Below are positions 60,082 to 64,000 of a stretch of 64,000 nt of DNA, in pieces; position 1 is the first letter of the stretch, and each line of letters begins with the position of its first letter. The stretch is taken from assembly GCA_963793265.1 (NCBI GenBank), contig CAWBZI010000007.1:128001-192000 (forward strand), given 5' to 3'. The DNA comes from an uncultured cyanobacterium. GTDB taxonomy: Bacteria; Cyanobacteriota; Cyanobacteriia; Phormidesmidales; Phormidesmidaceae. The notes beneath the pieces were generated by a model. The model had not been told where the DNA came from and did no database searches. It saw only the letters and a program-made list of their open reading frames with translations. The position numbers were made by a program, and so were the translations under genes.

Positions 60082-63000
60082 ATGAAAAATCAATTCGTTC
60101 AAGTCGGCCAAATTAAAAAGCTGCGCGATGTCTCTTTAGCATTTACAGTTCCAGATGACTTACCCTCGATTCTGATCAGTGGCACAACACTCGTTTGGAC
60201 AAAACAAGCCCTAAAGACCTTCAGTGACATTCACAGGGCTGCTTATGAAGAAAATGAGAAGTTCAAGGAACTCCCTTATCAATCGCTCAGAGGAGGATTA
60301 ACTGTCAATCTAGAGGCCATCACTCGAATCGAATCGCACTTAGGCTTAGAACATTCTCTGATTAGAAACGTTCGTAGCGATAAGCCTCAGGAGTATAGCT
60401 TCGCGTGCTTGCTAGATAGCAATGATAACAATCAGCTTAAAAAAAGGTTGCGCTCTACTTTAAACAATTGGCTTGTCAACTACTTAAGACCGTTCTGCAA
60501 AGAAAAGAACGTTCCCGACAACCTACTGGATCAAGTCCAGAATCTGATCGAGCATAACGAACTAATACGCCTTTCCACTTTTGGATTTAACTTATTACCA
60601 TGGGCAGCAGGAGAAAATGGTACAACAGAACCTGAAGATGGCCGTGCTTACATCGTAGTTGTAGACTACGTTGCTCGCTTAATCGCAGGAAAGGAGCTAT
60701 TTGAGGGTTGCGGCCCAATGCGGCGAGTCATCTCCAGCTATGGTAAATTCGCGAGCAATATTGCTGAGCTTATAACTTCTCCTATCTTTATAGAAAATAA
60801 AGGGCGTTTTAGCTTGGTGATAAAGCTACAGGTCGTCACCTTTGCCTCAATTAGCCAACCTATCATTAAGCTGGATGTTTCCAAACGCCGGTGGCTGGAT
60901 TTACTTGATGCACCTGAGCGCGATCGCCAAAAGATTTCTGGCTATGCATTTTCTTCAACTCTTCAAGACCGCACATTCAGTTTCAAAGTCGCTCCTTGCA
61001 AAGATAATAATGAGTGGACTTGGAAAACAGAAAAAGACTTTGGTGCCATTCGGCGTCAACTAGAGCTAGGTATGCAGACGTTTAGCGGTCAGGATATCGT
61101 TTTAGGAAACGCTGATATTGGTGGCTCTCAGCTTGTGCTCTGTCATCGCAATAGCCTGGGGAAACACGGTATTGATGCAGGCGTACCAGAAGTTGACAAG
61201 TTAGAGGCTTACACAAAAGTAGAAAAGATAGTAAGTACTCTTGGCCTCGTACCTTTCGCAGCGTATGAACCCATTGGGAACAAAAGTAGCAAAAGACAGG
61301 AAGAGAAAGAGATCAAACTACCAACGCTGTTGAGCGCTCTACTCCAAATCAGTGATTCTGACTCACCCGCTCCTACACTTGATTACATAAACAAGCTTAG
61401 CGATAGTCAGCTCAATCAGCAGCTAGCAAAAGCGTTTCGTTTCTCTTCAGAATCCGTTAAATTCGGTAGGAAGGCATTTCAAGTCAGCCAGCCAAAGGAA
61501 AGTGATTTTGAAGAACTCCAAGCAATAAGAGAACGAAACAGCAATGCTTTAAAGCGGTTGTATCCAGGAGAGAAGCTATCACTCTTTATATTTTATCAAG
61601 ATGGCTTTTGAGAAGAACTGAAGTTTCTGACAGCATTAGCACAATTACTATGGGGAGAATCTGTTGAAATTGTAACCAATAGCTTGCCACCAAATACGCA
61701 TGGCTCAAGGCATGACTTGCCAAACCCGAAAGCAAAAGCGCAGGAGCGCTCTAAGCAGCGCATTAAAGCGTGGGAGTCAACTGCAAAGCAACTCGCTGAG
61801 CGAGAGGGGCGAATCTTCTGCCTTGTGCTTGCCGCAAAATTCTTCAAAGATGAAGATGGCACCGATAAGCGAGACGATCCCATCAACAAACCATCTACAA
61901 GGAGGGCATTGGCGAGCCTGTGTGGCGCTTGCGTACAATTCATCACCCAGATGAATAGAACTAAAAACAACCTAATTGATTTAGTAGATTATTCTCGTCG
62001 GGGGCAGCAAGCGCTGAAAGATTTGCTATCTGCGCATTCAGGGCGAGTAGAAAGTATTAAAGATAAAGTCGATGAGTGTTTGCAAATACCGTCAGCATCC
62101 AAACCCAAAGAAATTATTGCTATCACCATTGTACGCAAACAAAAGGGCCGCGTACGAGGTCGTATTGAGAGTACTTTTCTACCTGTTGCCATTCGTATTC
62201 AGGTTGAAACGGAGCGGTGTGACATGCGCTGTGCTTACGCAATTGAGGAGAAACTAACGACAACGGAATGGGAGAAGTTTCCTGATGCACTTGCTAGAAT
62301 CGCAAATATTTCTCCTGTTAAGATAGGAAACAGTCATCAAACACGGAAGAGAAATTTCATGCAGTTTGTGAGGAACGTTATCTCTTCCTCCGTTAAACAA
62401 GAGATGCAACCCTTGGTAATAATAGATTCAACCAATTGCGTTCAACTATGGCCCTGGCTAGCTGACAGCCGCATAAACGCGAATAATATCCAGCTTGAGG
62501 GCGTTTCTAGCTGGATGTACAAAGAGTGGGCAGGGGCCAGACTCGTCCGCATCAAACAAGGCTTTACACCCGCGATTATCGAAGAGAAAGTACGCTACAT
62601 CATGGAATCATCGATAAGCGATGAAAGATCTTTAGATGAATTGAAACAGCTAGATGCAGACATTAAGATTCCATCCGCATCTAGCACCCTTGGAAAGCTA
62701 TTCCGATTGAAGGCGTCTAATTCAACGGGATGTATTGTTTATTTATCCATAGGTAGTAGAGCTGTTCAACAAGAGTGGAGAGGACAAAGCTGTTATCATG
62801 CTATACCCGCTTATACTTCTGTGAGGCTTCAGGATACTGATGAAACTTCAGAAAAAGGCATCTCTAAAGAGAGACCTAAAAAACTAAAAAACGCCGCTGG
62901 AATCGAGATGCGTGAATCGTCTGAAAAGCCACCCTTTATAAAACAATGGCCAACACCCAATCCACTTGAAATTTTAGTCACTTTACACCAGGATGACGAT

Positions 63001-63162
63001 AATCCTGACCAAGTAGCAGCTCTCGTTGAGTCTCTGCGATATGTCCTCGGACACTATGCAGAATCAACGACTCTACCAGCTCCACTATTCTTTGAGCGTG
63101 TCGTTAGAGACTACATCAGCGATTTTTCAATTGAGGATGACTCTGAGAATGAGGAATTTTAG
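60082..63162 (+). pseudogene. pPIWI_RE (PIWI/RNase H-like) protein, ~1026 codons, with one in-frame TGA at 61609-61611
   Basis: The two ORFs in the track share a frame, separated only by GF*EELKF. Motifs: LPYQSL, GVPEVD, DDPINK..RRALA, QALKDL, IDSTNCVQLWPWLAD, RLVRI, PNPLEI, LR...HY...TLPAPL. Confidence 0.78.
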
Positions 63163-63318
63163 TGGTTCCCTTTTGTAAGGGCTTTGCCAACGCACAGAGG
63201 GTAGTGCTTACGTCAAGGGCATAGCAGGGGTATGGCTACTACCAATGAGTTGCATCTGTAAACTCATGTGTCAAACGTTTCCTTTCCGAAAACCTCTTAT
63301 GAAAATGGCTTTAATAAA

Positions 63319-63392
63319 TGGACGTACGCCGACTCGAACGGCGGACCTCATCGATGTCAACGATGCGCTCTAACCAACTGAGCTATACGTCC
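63319..63392 (-). tRNA. trnV: tRNA-Val(GAC)
   Basis: GGACGTATAGCTCAGTTGGTTAGAGCGCATCGTTGACATCGATGAGGTCCGCCGTTCGAGTCGGCGTACGTCCA folds as a cloverleaf with anticodon GAC; CCA not encoded. Confidence 0.97.
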
Positions 63393-63420
63393 TGAAGCGA
63401 TGCTTTTACACCGGGCTTTG

Positions 63421-63450
63421 AATATACCACAGCGGTTTGGGTTGGTGCAA
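63421..63450 (-). promoter_or_regulatory. Putative sigma70 promoter of tRNA-Val
   Basis: TTGCAC-N18-TATATT with extended TG, 28 nt upstream of the tRNA. Confidence 0.55.
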
Positions 63451-63606
63451 TACTTGATTTTAGCTATATGGGCTTAAACTCTAAGTTGCCTGAATCTACA
63501 GGGCTATATTCTAGAGTTTTCAATCAAATTGGTAGACGACTGGTAGAAAATCTTTGCTTACTATACATAGGTTCTAGCGTCTGAGCCATACACTAGACGC
63601 TAGAAA

Positions 63607-63852
63607 ATGGAGTTCAATCTGACGACTGATAAAGGTAGCTATCGAATTGATTTTACTTTAGATGGGAAGCGTAAGCGTTTTCATCCAGGCACTAAGGACG
63701 AGATCACCGCTAAGCAGTTAGTAGCGCAAATGACGTATGAGTGGAATATAGGGAAGTTTGATGTAACTCTACACTCCTACAAGCTCAGGAATAGAATCCA
63801 GGCACTGCTGCGTTTGTTCAGCCTTGGAGCGGGTGGAAAGAACCATCCATAA
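63607..63852 (+). pseudogene. Truncated tyrosine integrase (arm-binding N-terminal domain, DUF3596-like)
   Basis: YRIDFTLDGKRKRF...AKQLVAQMTYEWNIGKFDVTLHSYK, then an unrelated tail and early stop; no catalytic domain. Confidence 0.6.
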
Positions 63853-64000
63853 TTTGGGCAATGAGTGTAGCAACTACGGGTTCTATGAAATCACCAACTG
63901 TGGATATTATTACTAATCCATTATGGGAGTTGGACAGTCAGGAGAGTGAAGATAGGGACTACGTTGTAGACGATGTTACGATGGAAGCTCTTATTCAAGT

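Larger units (their letters stand above)
54230..63316. mobile_element. ~9.1-kb genomic island integrated at the tRNA-Val 3' end; no integrase inside
   Basis: Bounded by 45-bp direct repeats; visibly more AT-rich; defence/TA cargo. Confidence 0.85.

Noticed and set aside
61609..61680. Selenocysteine recoding of the TGA
   Set aside because: No convincing SECIS-like hairpin downstream and no redox-motif context.
63163..63316. Guide RNA or array downstream of pPIWI_RE
   Set aside because: No repeats or convincing stable structure seen by eye.
63442..63450. Third TTGCACCAA arm-type site
   Set aside because: Outside the island and coincident with the likely tRNA -35 box; probably chance.
1..64000. 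Frequent GCGATCGC as a novel repeat
   Set aside because: This is the known cyanobacterial HIP1 sequence.

Overview
Cyanobacterial chromosome segment: the HIP1 octamer GCGATCGC is frequent, and ictB, desC, pacS and xisH/xisI-type genes are present. From left to right it holds: a partial fatty-acyl-AMP-ligase-like gene; LeuA-like and fused LeuD-LeuC-like genes flanking an accessory block (a CHAT-TIR-AAA_35 / AAA_35-WD40 pair and three antitoxin genes whose toxins are deleted); housekeeping genes; a MoxR-DUF58-transglutaminase operon; a four-gene signalling cluster (c-heme sensor kinase, two multi-domain regulators, a giant GlmS-like protein); TetR/desC; and transport genes. A copper ATPase is split by a nested mobile element (ISL3 inside TG...CA ends with a 5-bp target duplication). 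At the right end, a ~9.1-kb island integrated at the 3' end of tRNA-Val(GAC) carries a toxin-antitoxin pair and a three-gene pPIWI_RE module (HTH-fused REase, DinG-like helicase, PIWI-like protein with one in-frame TGA). All family assignments come from reading motifs by eye; no database searches were run.
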